Of a DNA stretch of 64,000 nt, positions 37,961-51,795 are shown piece after piece. The notes beneath the pieces were generated by a model. It did not search any database. It was not told the DNA's origin and saw only the letters and a program-made list of their open reading frames with translations. Each line of letters opens with the position of its first letter. Within the stretch, counting starts at the first letter, position 1. Made by a program: the position numbers and the translations under genes. This DNA comes from the human T2T-CHM13v2.0 reference genome, Homo sapiens, in the NCBI RefSeq assembly GCF_009914755.1, contig NC_060935.1; one strand, given 5' to 3'.

Positions 37961-38699
37961 GTCATAACATAAAATTTGGAAGATGATAGGATCTCAAAAA
38001 CATGATGTTATTCATGTCATGGCCAGACCTTGCTCTTTGAAACATACATCTAGCTAAAGGAAAAAGGCAAATTCATGAATAATCCCAGGATTATGTGGGA
38101 CATTTTAAACTTGGATTTTTAAAATCACCTATCAATCTTACATAAAAATAAAATGTAAACAGAATTAATACAGCAAAATGTAATAACAATATAAGAAAAA
38201 CCAGTTTGACTATTCTGAGTAAGCTTTGCTATAAGAATCTTCTAGTTGGTGCATTTTTTTATACAACATTCTCCCCTGTACCATCAAGGGCATTAGTGAT
38301 GCAGCATTTCTGAAAAGTGTTCTACTCTTTTCCTGAAGATTTTTTTTTCCAAGCCCCAGACTCTTGTTCTGTATATTTTAGTGGTGGTGCTTTCTTGATC
38401 TTACCATGTACCAAAGGAAGATTTTTCAGAAGACTACTAGGACACATAATCCTCTTCAAATGTTTCCTAAGTGGTTTGCTGACAAAGACATCGAGTGACT
38501 GCAGTTATCAAATCATGACTTCAAGAATAACACCCAAGTTTATGCACACAGAGGCAATGACTAGTAGTTACAATTCTGTCTTGGCTAATAGCAGTTGTAA
38601 AATACTATGTATTTCCATTTCAGATATGCTCACAATGTGGAAAAAAATGTGTCTTGGAATTGATGCAATGCAGTATAGTTGTGAACAGCCAGAAAAAGT

Positions 38700-38900
38700 G
38701 AAAGCATGTGATAATGAAAAGAGCACCAGCTTTTGAGTTAGACAAACATGGGTCTAAATCCTAGTTCTATCACTCTTTATCCGTAAGATCTGGAACATTC
38801 ATACTTTCCTCTGAGCCTCAGTTCTCTCATTCTAGGATAAAGATAATCCGTGCCTTGAAAGAATGCTGGAAATCAGATTATACATGTACAAGCATCATTT
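38700..38900 (+). mobile_element. MIR
   Basis: gggtctaaatcctagttct...ctctgagcctcagttctctcat. Confidence 0.75.
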
Positions 38901-39859
38901 ATGTACTAATCTGTACCTTTCCTTCTTCTTCAGCTGCTCTTCTGGTAAACGTTCAAGAACAAGGGGGTTAGAAGGGACCTCCCTGCCTGCTCCTTCCACA
39001 CTGCTGGAAACATGCAAGAAACCAGGTTTAGCGCTGCTCTTAGGGGATGAGGAGCAATAAGCTGTGGTTTACATCAAGGATTATTTTATCTTTCTTGTAA
39101 TATATTAGAGCCAATTTCTCACACACGTAGCCCAATGGATTGGTTGTCTAAAAGGTGAAATGAAGTACTGCACTGTTGAACTCCAAAGGGACAATGGAGG
39201 CATAGGCTACTTCCAAGGAGACACCACTAGCAATTGGTGCTGTCTGCAAGTGGTTCATTGTGATGCTTAGACAAAACATTTAATACTGCTTCAAGGAAAA
39301 GATTTTTCCCTAATTAGTGCTCATGTGACTCTAAAGGGAAAAACATACAGAACAGAACACTCACTAATAACTTTGTTTTCCTCTTATCAGCAATAGTTTT
39401 TAAAGTTTGAAAATATGAGTGTGAAAAAAGTATGACCTTATGTTTTTCTCCAAATGGAAGAACTCCTTGATTATTAGGCCAGGAAACTGCTGATGTGCCT
39501 GCCCTCTGCCCAGGAAGTACAGACAAAGGAAAGAAGGTGGGAGCAGAGGGCCCCTTACTTCCCACCCTTCTCCACCTCCCTCTGACTGATTCTACAGCAG
39601 AGTTTGCTGGGGCCAAACAAGAATGCTTGCAATGAGCACACATGACCTCCCAAATCCAAACCAAATGTGCTGTTCTTCCCTGTGCCCAGGATGGGGCCTA
39701 GTTTATTTCTTCTCATCTTTCAAGAATCTGCTCAAGATCACCTCATTGAAAAAGCCTTTCCTAACTTGTTGGCTGGACTACTTTTTCCTGTGTGTATGCA
39801 GTAATAATTATTATAGTTATCAATAATAATGATAATAATTATGATCAGTAATAATAATG

Positions 39860-40090
39860 ATAGTTATAATTTTTGAGTAGCTACTATATGTGAGGTTGTT
39901 TACGTATATTATGTATTATAATCCTCTTAACATCTCTACAACAAAGGCATTTTCTCCAATTTTGTAAAAGAAGCACACAGAAGCCAAGTTAGCTTCCCAA
40001 ACTGACAGAGTAGCTAAATAGAAGTGTCAGGTTTGAATCCAGAGTTTTTCTGACTTCAAAGCCCATATTCTTTCTCTTACATCACACTTT
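39860..40090 (-). mobile_element. MIR
   Basis: ggtttgaatccagagtttttctgacttcaaagcccat. Confidence 0.7.
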
Positions 40091-41199
40091 CCTTATACAT
40101 GACACTTACTGTTCTATATAACATGTAGATGTGTGTGTGTTTCTGTGTGGTTTTTTTTTGTTGTTGTTATTTTTGCAACTAGAATGTGTCCTTAAGGGCA
40201 GATACCGTACCTCTCCTCTGTATTCTCTGTATCTAATAGAACTTCATTATATTAGAGACACACTAAATGTTCGTTGATGATATTAACAGTATAAAAATTA
40301 TATACATTATAAATGATAGAATATTGTATGTATTATTTATTTAATATTTGTGAAAAACCTTCTATGTACAGGACACTACTCCAGTAATTAGATATAAAGA
40401 GGTGAAGAAGAAAAAGTATCTGCTTTCTAGGAGCACCAATCTAGTGAAGTTATAGAGTTACCTCTGTGTATTTTTATAAAACTAATAAAATCTGAAAAAC
40501 TATAAAATCTCACAAATTTTAAGGCGGGAAAACAATTCAGTGATCATGTGATCCAGACTATTTATAATATGTATAAAGAAGTATGTCTGGGGAGATTAAG
40601 TATGTTGCCTAAGATTAAAAGTATTTTAAAGTTCAAACACATTCACTTTGCTATTACTTTCAACCTCTGTTTCCTTCCAGAAGAGACATGTCTTCCCTCC
40701 TCCCAGCAGCCAGCTCCTCCTATGTTCTTCTGCTGCTTAAGTATCCCATGACCCATACCAAGCCCTTGGTTCATCCCTCACCTGCCAGAGTGACCATCTA
40801 AAATTCATATCCGATCCTTGTTACTTTCATGTTTCATGGACTTCTATGGATTTCTTTATGCTATGGAATAAAGCCTAAGCTGTTTAGAATGGCATCTAAA
40901 GCTTTCAAAATTTTTATCAACTGTTGTATTTTTTTTCCCAATTTCATCTCTCCCATAACTGACTTCAAACAGGCCGGTCTCTAGCCATAATCGAAACTTC
41001 CTGCCACTCCCTGAATCATAGAGGTTCTCTTCATCCTCTGTGTTTTTGCATAAGTTTCTCTTGTACTAATTCTTTCCCACTTCAACTTGGAAATCTCTAA
41101 CTTATTTTTCAAGAAAAATTTGATTCATTTATGAATTCATTCACTTACTGAGTAGTCATTATGTGCTAGATATTGCACTAGTATATCCATTTCAGGAGG

Positions 41200-41360
41200 A
41201 CTAGCCTAGTGCAAACTGAAAACATGGGAACCCTTGTTAAAAAAAATATTCGTAAGAATGTCAAGATAGCAACAGCAGAGCATTAAACCAAGAGTAAGAC
41301 CCTTCTAAGTATAAGGCCATGTGTACCTGCATAGGTCACACTCTCATGAAACCAGCTCTG
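41200..41360 (-). mobile_element. MER91A-like hAT-Tip100 element
   Basis: cagcagagcattaaaccaag...cccttctaag...catgaaaccagctctg. Confidence 0.7.
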
Positions 41361-42639
41361 ACCCACCCTCTCTCATCTAGATTAGGTTGGTTCACAATAC
41401 ATTCCATGAGAAAGAGCAAAACCCCTCAACTTTTACTATCCTTAAAGAAAAATAATTACACAGGAATGCGAAGAGTATTAGTAAAGACAAGTCTTCATTT
41501 GGGTTGACCTTAGCAAGTCTGCTTTTCATTTGTTCCTCCATTTTCTTGCTTGTCATCATTGCTAAAACACCAGACATCGAACAGACACCCTAAAGAATGT
41601 GACAAAAAAGGAACTTTACAATCTTCTGCTTTAGTATCAAGGAAAAAAATATAGATATAATCCCTGACCCTGAATCTAATGTTTTGTGTATGTCATATTT
41701 ATCATTACACACAGAGGAAGAATGACTACCACTTAATGAGATTGCTTACCACTCGTTCATTGATCAGTCAGATTTTGTGATTGGATTGTGTTTCCAGTGG
41801 TGGGCAGGCTGAAATGGGTTTTGCTCTTTCCTCCATTTACTGGCAGAAAGTAGGTGAGATTTAAGGATCATCTAAAGAACCGAGTTTCTGGGCATCAGAA
41901 TGACCTTTTTCATTAGAAATATATTTAAACTATGAGTTCGAAACATTTTTCTGGCTACAAAATTCTTCTCATCCCAGTGAATAGGCTGCCCAGTAGTTCA
42001 AATGAATTACACCAAGATTTGGAATATGTATTTTGAATATGTTATGTGTATCAAGAATTTGAAATGTGTTGTAGAACACTATAGATAGGCCACTAGGAAT
42101 CAGGAGTAAACAGAAAGAATACAGGTCTTGCCCTCCAGGAGCTTTGAATGTAGGTGATCAAATATCCTTTCATTTCCATGGCCTTTATAAGACAATAATG
42201 CATTTAGTTTCTCTTTTGTTTTTTCTCCTCCCACAGCCCTGTGTACACAACTGAATGAAACCCTGCATCATGTGATATAGTAATTGTTTGACTGCCTGTT
42301 TACCTTACTTGAGCCTTTTAATGATAAGAGGCATAATTTATATATCTTTTATCCCTGGTACCTAGCACAATACCTGTTCAATGTCTCTTTGATGAGGAAT
42401 GTGTGAGTGAAGGAAAAGCAGTAGAAATGGGCATGGAAGAGATGCTCAAACTGCCATGTGCAGTCTGACAGCCCTATTAGCCCATGTGCAGTCTGACAGC
42501 CTGGAAATAAAAAGACTCAAGTTCTGGTCCAAGCTCACTCACCAAGGAGGTAGCAGAATCTTTGCTAAAACTTGGCAACATCTTGAACGTTACTTTTCTA
42601 TTTCCTTGGTATTTACTCCCCAAACACATCTAACTAATT

Positions 42640-43400
42640 ACTGAGTCCTAAAAAATTTTGCCTGAAAAATATAGATCCTTTCAATCTCCACTATCACTGT
42701 GTTATTTACAGGGCTGTCCATCTTTCTCCTGGGTGGTTGTAATAGCTGTATAACTGGATTTCCTTTCCATTTCCTTCAGATTCATCCTCCACAATGATGC
42801 TAGTGTAATCTAGTTAAAATGCAAATCCAACATGTCATTCTCCTGCTCAAAGCTTTTCAGGGATTGCGGTTACTAGCAGGATGTAGGCAGAGCATAGCCA
42901 ATCAAGCTCTAGCTGACTAGCCCTTTTCTACTTCAGCTCCTACTACTGTCACTCCCCACTGCAATTTCTACTCATCTTAAACACCTGAGGAATTGATTTT
43001 TGACTTCTTACTTTGTCTACTGGCATGATATATCCCCATTTCTTTGGTTAGCTCAATTCTACCCAGTCTTTAAGATTCCGCTCAGGTACTGTTTCTTTCA
43101 AGAAAGTCTTGTGTATTCTCTTCACTGGGATTAGCCCAATATTTCTCATTTTTGATCAGTATTATACAGCTTACATTCAAAGTATTCAATTATTGGAATT
43201 GTTAGACTTTATTCATTATTAAAATTATCATATTACCTTTTTCATATTGTTGAAATTGTCTGTTTGTGTACTTGATCATCCTGGTAGACTATATGCTTTA
43301 CAGATGTTAGAGACCCTGGTATAAGATTTGTAAACTTACAACATAAGACAATAAATATAAAACATTTAGTATGTTGCTCCACAGATACTCCATGTATAAA
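42640..43400 (+). mobile_element. L2 fragment
   Basis: aaaatgcaaatccaacatgtcattctcctgctcaaa and decayed L2 3' text. Confidence 0.6.
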
Positions 43401-43615
43401 TTGTTGTTTCCACGATGTTGATGGTAATATTAGGGGCTTAGTTACAGCTAACACTTAGATGCTGGGATACTTTCTCTTCGTCTTTCATTGGTACTTTTCT
43501 CTCACCAAAGACCAGTTCTCTCATAAGGCAGGAAATATCACACTGGCAGCTTCCAAACTTTGTAACTCAGAGTTTTAGTTATCAAAGATGACTTGTGTCC
43601 TTTTTTTCCAGATTT

Positions 43616-43702
43616 TGTGTGTGTGTGTGTGTGTATATATATACACACACATACATATATATATTTTACACACACACACATATATATACCTATATATTTT
43701 AC

Positions 43703-43754
<52 letters not shown>

Positions 43755-43755
43755 A
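43616..43755 (+). repeat. (TG)n/(CA)n/(TA)n plus poly-T compound microsatellite
   Basis: Direct reading of the sequence. Confidence 0.95.
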
Positions 43756-43849
43756 CATAGCTATTTGACTGGCTGAGCTTAGGTCAAGAGCCCACTGCTG
43801 GACCAATCAACTATGGTCAGGAGGAAGGAAGATGCTTTGTTTTCTTTAT

Positions 43850-44555
43850 TTTTCCTTTTTAAAAAATTGTAGTAAAAAAGCAAAACATTAAATTTACCAT
43901 TTTAACTATTTTTAAGCATATGGTTCAGTAGTGTTAAGTATATTTGCATTGTTGTGCAATAGAGCTCTAAAACTTTTTCATCTTATAAAACTCAAGCTAT
44001 ATATCCACTAAAAACTAATTTTTCCAATCCTCTTCCTCTCGTGATCTCACCACCTCTAGCCACCAACTTCCTACTTATTTTCTCTATGATTTTGGCTACT
44101 TTAGCTACTTTGCCTGAGTGGAATCATACAGTATTTGTCCTTTCGTGACCAGTTTATTTGCTTAGAAAAACTTTGGGGTAGTATATGAAATCAAGAAGTG
44201 TGAAGTCTGCAACTTGTTCTTTTTATTCAGGGTTGTTTTGGCTATCCAGTGGTCCCTTGAGATTCCATATGAATCTTAGGATTTTTTTGCTATTTGTGAA
44301 AATAAAATGCCATTGGGATCTTGATAGCGACTGCATTGAACCTGCAGATAACTTTGGGTAGTAGGGACATTTTAACAACATTGAGTCTTCCAATCCATAA
44401 ACATGGAATGTTTTACCATTTATTTCTATCTTATTTGATTTCTTTCAGCAACATTTCATAGTTGTCAATGTGTAAATATTTCATTTCTTTAGTTAGATTC
44501 ATTCCTAAGTATTTTATCCTGTTTGATGCTATCGTAAATGGGATTGTTTTCTTTA
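43850..44555 (-). mobile_element. L1MA9/L1MB-like 3' end joined to an ORF2 segment
   Basis: aaatttaccattttaactatttttaagc...gttcagtagtgttaagtata; jump to ORF2 text near 44170. Confidence 0.8.
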
Positions 44556-47029
44556 GGAGGTAGAATTTTGATAATAGGACAGCCCCAGAACTAAATAAGA
44601 GGGCCAATCAGTAATTGAGAGGCAAGGTATGAGGGAGGAATAAATAATTCTACAGAGAAAGGATATGCTATTCCCCAGTGTAAAAGAGTTTTGTTAGACA
44701 GCCAGAAACAATATATATTTACTATAGTAGCCTTTTTAAGGATAATGATGATTGATGAGGATAATCATGTTAATAATATATCACATGCCACAGATTCCCT
44801 GGGAGCAGTTCCGACATACTTTGGACTAATGGCAAAAATGTGACACTAAATGTGCTTCCTTTTAGAGAGATCATTTTGAGATAGTTGTATTAAAATCATC
44901 TGAACATATGTAATCCTCTGTGTTATTAAAGAAAACACATTTGGCATTTTATAGTCTTAGCTGATAGTGATGATATTCATTCCTAAATTTGAGACAATAG
45001 AATTGAAATAACGTCAAGTATGCCTACTGGTGTGTGGGACATATGCTGAGTGCATTACGTATGAAATAATATGTACACATTATATATATATAAAAAATAT
45101 ATGTATACATTATATATCATATATATGTACACATTATATATCATATATATATATGAAACTAACATACCATAATATCTCTATGACATGAGGTGATAATATA
45201 GGCAAAATGTATAGTATTGTGGGGGAACTAGAACTACAGATATATTGAATTTATTTTCACTGGGAAGAAGAAAGGATTAAGTAGCTCTGATTACAGCTGA
45301 GACTCCTGGAACAGCTACAAGCTATCAAAGTATTAAGTCATTTCAATTTCTGTAAAAGAAATGTGCTGTTGTTCCAGTACCCTCTGGTCCCATTTTGTAG
45401 GGTTGATGGAGTTCAACTGAAATGCTTACTTGAAGATCAGCTTGAATTTGTTTAAAAGGAAGCAGAAAAGCACCCCCAGGTGTGAAATGAGGGTGAATTG
45501 CTCTAGCGGGGCCTCTGGAAAGAAAGCAGCTTGTCTGGCTGATGAGGGTGTTTGCTAAGTTGAATGCCATTAAACATTCTTGCCCATATCATATGTGAGT
45601 CAAACACAGCACAGATGATGGGGAAAATAAACACTTAAAAATAGCTTTTCTCTTGGTGTCAAATACAGTACATAAATTGGAAAAATGAACAAGAGTTGTA
45701 GGAATAGAGGATTGAGATCCTTGTGTCGGGTACTGAGGGAGGGCGATTTGGCTCACTAACAGCCAGGCTCCTTAAGCCTTTGCTTTGGAGAGCAAGAGAA
45801 GAAAGAATAGCAGAGTCCTGAAATTTGTTTCATTTCAAGCATGGGATGGGCAACTTAACTAAGCATTTTAATTTAGTTCTCTTATCCTCCCAACTAAGTA
45901 TTATTAGCCTCATTTTACAGATGAGCAACTAAGGCAAATTTATAGTTAATTAAGCTAGACAATGGAGAGTCTCTTTGGCTCCAAAGATTATACTACTTCC
46001 ACTGCACCGGCTGATTTAAGGGGAGGAGAAGCTGCACTATCTCTGCTTTGGGATATGTTTATAATTCCATGCCAATAAGTAAGCAAAATTTGAAAACCCA
46101 CTTTGTGCTGGCCACTGAGCCACAAAAAATGAGACATAGGCTATGTCTCATTGACAGAGTTAATGTAGCTGAGAAGATAGACATATTATTCTAAATGCAA
46201 AGCTGATTGTGATGAGTGCTATAGAGGAGGATAAAAACCAAGTCTTCAAAAGGAACATTTCCTGAAACTATTTCTTCACATATACTTGTGCCTTTGTACA
46301 TGTCATTTTCTTCCCCTATTTCTTCTAAATTATTTAAGCCTGCGTATTATTCTGAATCAGTTAATAATTGAGATGCTCTTTAAAATGTTATTTATTTGGA
46401 TAGATATCATGTAATCAAAACTGTACCAGGTACTGATGAAGATACAGCAATGTATAAGAGTGAACTCTACTCATTAGTAACGTAAAAGGGAATGATAGAC
46501 AGAAGTCAGACAGAGCTGAATTAAAATTCTTCAGTTGTTCAGCAGCTGTCTGACCATAGCCAAATTGCAAGCCCCCGACCTTCCATTTCCACTCATACAT
46601 TTAGAAGGAGACCATGCCAAGGGGCCATTCAACCCTTCCCCAGCCATCTGTGGTAAGAATCTCCCACATTCTAGACAACAAGATGTCTGTACCAAAAGTG
46701 GTACATTATAGGGAGGTGAACCATCCAATTTGAAATCTGGAGGGACCATGCTTGCTGGAATCTAGGGCAACACATCTAGGAGAAAGAAAACTGTTTCGAA
46801 TTTGGGTGCAGACACATCACAACAAATACATTGCTCTCTGCTGAGATTTATGAGAGAAAGTCAGAAACTCCAACTCTCCATTAATTTCAAAACATGACTG
46901 CTGAAAATTTTCCAAAGTAACCATCTCCTGTAGTTGTTGGGCTAGGGAACAGAAAAAAGAAAAATAAAAAAACAGAGAATTGGTTGTCTTTTAGACCAAC
47001 ATTTCCAGGCAGAGGAAAACAGAGGAGGC

Positions 47030-47230
47030 ATCTCTGAGTCAGACATGGGTTCAGGTCCCGAATGTGCTTGTTGTGCAAGTTACTAATCGTATTGACCCTC
47101 AATTTCCTCCTTTGTAATCCTGGCTGGTCTTACCTATGATAAGTTTCGTTGTGAATATTACAGGGCCTCATATGTGTGAAGTGTGTAGAAAGGAGCCCAG
47201 CACATATTAGGCACTCAAAAGAGCTAGTAT
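47030..47230 (+). mobile_element. MIR
   Basis: agtcagacatgggttcaggtcc...cagcacatattaggcactcaa. Confidence 0.7.
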
Positions 47231-48829
47231 CTTCTTCCACTCTGCATTCAGATTAGTTTTATCCTATTCTAATTTCTTCAGGCACTGGAGTGTTTCATTA
47301 ATAGTTTACTTGTTTGTAGAAAGATTCCTTATACATTTTTCACTAAAGCCAATCTTACTGATCTTTTTGCCTTTTAAGTGTAGACATCTGAGGAACTCTA
47401 TAGCTTAGAAGTCTACATTTTTTTCTCATTAATTGGGAAGTTAGGTACTTTTAAAGTGAATAGAATAAGAACATGTAAACATGAGTTTAAAATAATTCTT
47501 CAGATTTAACCCCCCCCAAACCAATGTGAACCATAAATGAAAATCTGCATCCTTCCTGGTAACCTCTCCTATATTCCTAAAATCATGAATCAGCCAGTAT
47601 GTTTACAGAGTTGGTGCCAAAGTCCTACCTGCTGATACTTTTATTAACATTCCTATTTGAAAAATTGTAAATATTTAACTATTGTAGGTTTTGCAAACAC
47701 TGGTATTTTTATACCTCCAGCAATCCCTAGCTTCTAAATATTTTATCTTGGGTAGCATGCAGTATGTGAAATGACATTCTTGGGAAATACCCTATTTCCC
47801 AGATCTTAAAAACCTAAAGGTCTTGAAGTTAATATTGAACAGTGTTAAGAGGGGTATTTTTAAATTTCTTTCGTAGATTTGTTGTTGTTCTTTTTTAATA
47901 AAACTGAAAAGCAGCAGAAATATTTGTAAATGGAAGGATTTTCCCCAAAATTTCTAGAGCAGATACACATATTTGCCTAAATTTTGCTTGGATTTAAAAA
48001 ACACCAGCCCATACGAAATTGTGTTTAAGAACTGAGAAAGAAAGAATGGCTTTAGAATCCATTTAAAGGCAAAACCACCATTACAGGATAAATGAGATGA
48101 ATAGTTTCCTCTTCCACTTTTAATGCTCAATGTACTTTTCAGCTCCAGGATAAAATAGCTTTTCTTACTTTCTGAGACAAAGACAGGCAAGTGGAATGAC
48201 CAGAACACTCGAATTGAGCTAAAGACTAACCACAGGAGAAGGAGCAGATGGGCTTAAGCAAAGACATGACTCAGAATCCTTGTCATCATATAATTATAGG
48301 CAGCTATCATGAATCTGTAAGAATCTGTAAGGATGGGCTCTATAAATATCTATTTTTCATCTCAAGATTGGAAGTCTTTACCTTATTTAATGGATCTATG
48401 CTATATTTCCCAAAAATAAAAAGAGAAATATCCCAACTCTTCAGGTGAATAAACTAATAACCTCCAAAAGTTGCCTACTCAGCACATCATAGGGACAGTA
48501 AAAATTGCAACATGATAAAATGAATACCTGACCTTCACCAGGGAAAGTCATTATTAGGCAGCATGATCTCCAGTCTCTGTTCTTCAAAGGCATTACTCTT
48601 CTATCATTCCCCAAATGTAACATGTCCTCACCAACCACAGAGCGTGGGTAAAACCTTTCCCTCAACCTCTGCACTCTACTTTTTCCCTAGTATGCTGTAG
48701 CCTTCCTCAGATCCCAAACCAATCATCTCCTCAGAGCCACTTTCCATGAATCTTCTCAATGTATATGAAATCACTCAGAGAGTGTAAATCTCAGGTGCAA
48801 TTTCACATTTGCTTTTGCTTTTTAAAATT

Positions 48830-48980
48830 AGTATCTGCTCCCCTCCTAGACTGTGGATTCCACAACAGCAGGAGCATGTCTGGTTTTGTTCATCATTGTA
48901 TTCTCAGTGCTGAGCCTAACACCTGGCACATACTAGGTGCCTAATAAATATGTGTTGAAGGACTACATTAATGAATACAA
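48830..48980 (+). mobile_element. L2 3' end
   Basis: ctagactgtgg...cctggcacatactaggtgcctaataaatatgtgttgaa. Confidence 0.85.
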
Positions 48981-49439
48981 CATTGTGCATTATTTCTAGG
49001 GTTCCAAAAATGAACATTGTCAGAATCTCAATGCTTATTAAAAAATTTAATTGAGATGGGAATGGGGAAGAACATCAGTTTCTCACTGGTTCCCAACTGT
49101 GCTTTCAGGTTTTTAAAGGGCCCTTATCATACTTCCAGTTACTGTAATCCACCACAGCAAGAGTGTAACTAAGACAACATGGCAGGAACAGGTGCCAAAA
49201 ATGTGTCCATAAGACAAACTAGGATTCCCCCATGTAGGAAGGACCAAGATGCCTGTTATCACACTTTTAGAGCTTCACTGCTTCTTGTTAAGGTATTTTG
49301 TCTTCTGACAGCCTGTTTCTTAATGCAAATACTCTCAGGAGTAGTGCCATTGTCAACAACACTTAGGCAGGACTTTTGTTACTGGTGCACAATCGCTAAT
49401 AGTAGACTTCCTATGGAGACAGATAATAATTAGAGCCCT

Positions 49440-49608
49440 CAATAGTGGAATGGGCTGCCTAAGGAAACAATAAAATGTCCATTACTGTGGATATTCAAGT
49501 AAAGCTGGGTATCTACTTATGAAGAATGCAGTCCAGAGGTTTACTGCACCGGGTGCAAAGACGGAAGGTGTGGCTCCCAAGGTTCTTTCTGCCTGTAAGA
49601 TGCTATGA
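49440..49608 (+). mobile_element. L3/CR1 3' end
   Basis: ggaatgggctgcct...tattcaag...ccaaggttctttctgcctgtaagatgctatga. Confidence 0.65.
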
Positions 49609-50329
49609 GCTAGTGCTCAGTTTCTAATGAACTGGAAGGAAATGGCTTTCAAATGCAGATGAAAGGCACAGGGGCAACGGCACTGTCTGGTACTAGTCTA
49701 AAAAATGTCATTTATTAGCTAAGTGATTTTGGCAAAAACTTAACTCCTCTAAGCTGTTTTTATTTCTTTATAATGGCTATTTGAATGGTTTTGGAACAGT
49801 GAAAGGAGAGAGAAGCTGTACTTTTTAAATGTAAGCTATACAGTGCTAAGCACATTTTTTGGCCATTGTTATATCAAGAAAAGCTCCTTTTACCTTAATT
49901 ACTAAATAGGTCCCACAGTTGGGAAGAAAGTTTCTAGACAAAAAGAATCAGGGAAGGGGCACCATTATTCCTCTCTACCCCAATGTCCTAAAGATAGAAA
50001 TATGATTAAATTGTCCAGGGAACTTAGATTCCCCTATAAGCTCAGGAATGGCAACTTTCTTGGGACATCAGAGCATATAATCTCTCCATCCTAACCATTT
50101 ATGGGCTAAAAAAATAAACAGTTCTTTAAGTGTAAATAAGATACAACTGCCAGAAGTCATGGAATTACCTGGATGGTTTGTTCAGGCTTTCTTCTTATAG
50201 AAACAGTGATTATTTGAAAACAGTGCCAAAGCAAAACTGTCTTACCCTTGGAAAATCTTATTTGCTTTACCTCTGCAACAGGTAGCCAGCTTGTCTCTCT
50301 CTACTCCTTCCGTTTTTTTTTTCCCCATA

Positions 50330-50720
50330 GTCATTCCATCATTCATTCATTCAACAAATATTTACTGACTTATCTCTGAACGAGACACTGACGGGCATGC
50401 TGGAGATATGATGAAAAACTCAAGTGGTCCTTACACCATGGAGCTTACATCCTATGCAGAAAGATATGTAACTATAAGAAACTCTTTAAAAAATTGAAAT
50501 ACACAAGTGAGTAAAATATGAAGGAGGGGTTTACAGGAGATTGACACTACATAATAGAATAATTTATCTTATCAGGAAGATCAGAGATGGCCTAACTGAA
50601 GATAAGAAAACTGAGCCAAGATCTGAGAGAAAAACTAAATTGAGAGTATCAGCTAACAAACACTCCCATAGTATAGAAATCAACAGAGATGAGGTGAAAC
50701 TCCACAGGCTTTCCAATACC
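50330..50720 (-). mobile_element. L2
   Basis: cattcattcattcaacaaatatttactga...catggagcttacatccta. Confidence 0.8.
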
Positions 50721-51003
50721 TCTCAGGTGGATAGGGAAGTGAATTGTAAGAACATTTATTGTTTGGTGAGATCCTAATGCATGAAGTCCATAAATCTGTG
50801 CAAAAAGCAGATGCAACAAATTAACAAAGTATTTGGCAAGCAAATGTCTGAAGATAGCACTGTTTCTTCTTTAAATACTTATATTCACCAGCTAGACACT
50901 TGTTCCCAAGTTTACCTCCCAACTGACACACCAACTGGAACTCAATGTTCCCAATATTAATCTAATGTTCATCTCTCCTTATGTCCTCAGACCCTCTGTC
51001 ACA

Positions 51004-51230
51004 GAAAGAAAGGTAGGAAGGAAGGAAGGAAGGAAGGAAGGAAGGAAGGAAGGAAGGAAGGAAAAAGGAAGAGAGGTAGGGAAGAAGGAAGAGGGAGGGA
51101 GGGAAGAAGGAAGATGGAGGGAGGGAGGAAGAGAGAGAAAAAGAATACAAAAAGATAAGAAATAAAGCAAAAAAGGAAAGAAATGAAGGAAGGAAAGGAA
51201 GGAAGCAAGGAAGAAAGGGTGGAAAAAAAG
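51004..51230 (+). repeat. (GGAA)12 plus degenerate polypurine tract
   Basis: 12 consecutive GGAA units at 51016-51063. Confidence 0.97.
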
Positions 51231-51757
51231 GCACCTAGTGTTTCCTTTTCTCACCCATTCATCATCTTTTCTCATGCATGTTTTACTCTTGTTTTTTAAT
51301 ATATATGTTTATTCCAATCCAAAGTCTTTCAGCTATGCTCTCTGGAACTCTCATTCCATTTTTAACTCCTCAAACTTTATGCAGAATTTTTCTTTACATC
51401 CAGCATCAGCTAAATCATCACATTTTTGGGAGGGACCCAGTTCTGCTTTCTCTGGCTGCACATTGGAATCAATGGAAGTGATGTTAAAATTATAGATACT
51501 AGTTGTCCTGGTGTATGCCTCCTTTATAAACATTTATTAAAGGCTTCCCAAGTGATAAATAGGCATTGAGGGTTGAAAAATCCCTGCAGACTAGTTCCAG
51601 AGCAAGGCTTTTATCTTCTGTATCTGTGTTTCCCTTATCCTTACATAGGGCAGGCGTATAATATGATAACAATAATGGACTGAATTAAACTACATGCCAA
51701 ACCTATTTTATTCACTGACTCCATAAAAAATCACAGGACTCTCATTTTCTTTTCCAG

Positions 51758-51795
51758 AATTGTTTTGGAGAACTTGGAACTCAACATTCCATAAA
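51758..51795 (+). other. Candidate 38-nt exon
   Basis: ctctcattttcttttccAG acceptor; AAA|GTAAGT donor. Confidence 0.4.

Larger units (their letters stand above)
43480..44727 (-). mobile_element. MLT1K-like LTR interrupted by a microsatellite and an L1
   Basis: gactggctgagcttaggtca...ggaccaatcaactatgg; resumes after 44555 and ends ...tttactata. Confidence 0.55.

Noticed and set aside
38317-38736. 139-aa ORF
   Set aside because: GTG start, no recognisable domain, ends in a MIR; consistent with chance
50962-51275. Overlapping ORFs rich in F/L/P/S or K/E/G/R (also 18741-19153)
   Set aside because: Artefacts of GGAA and GA repeats
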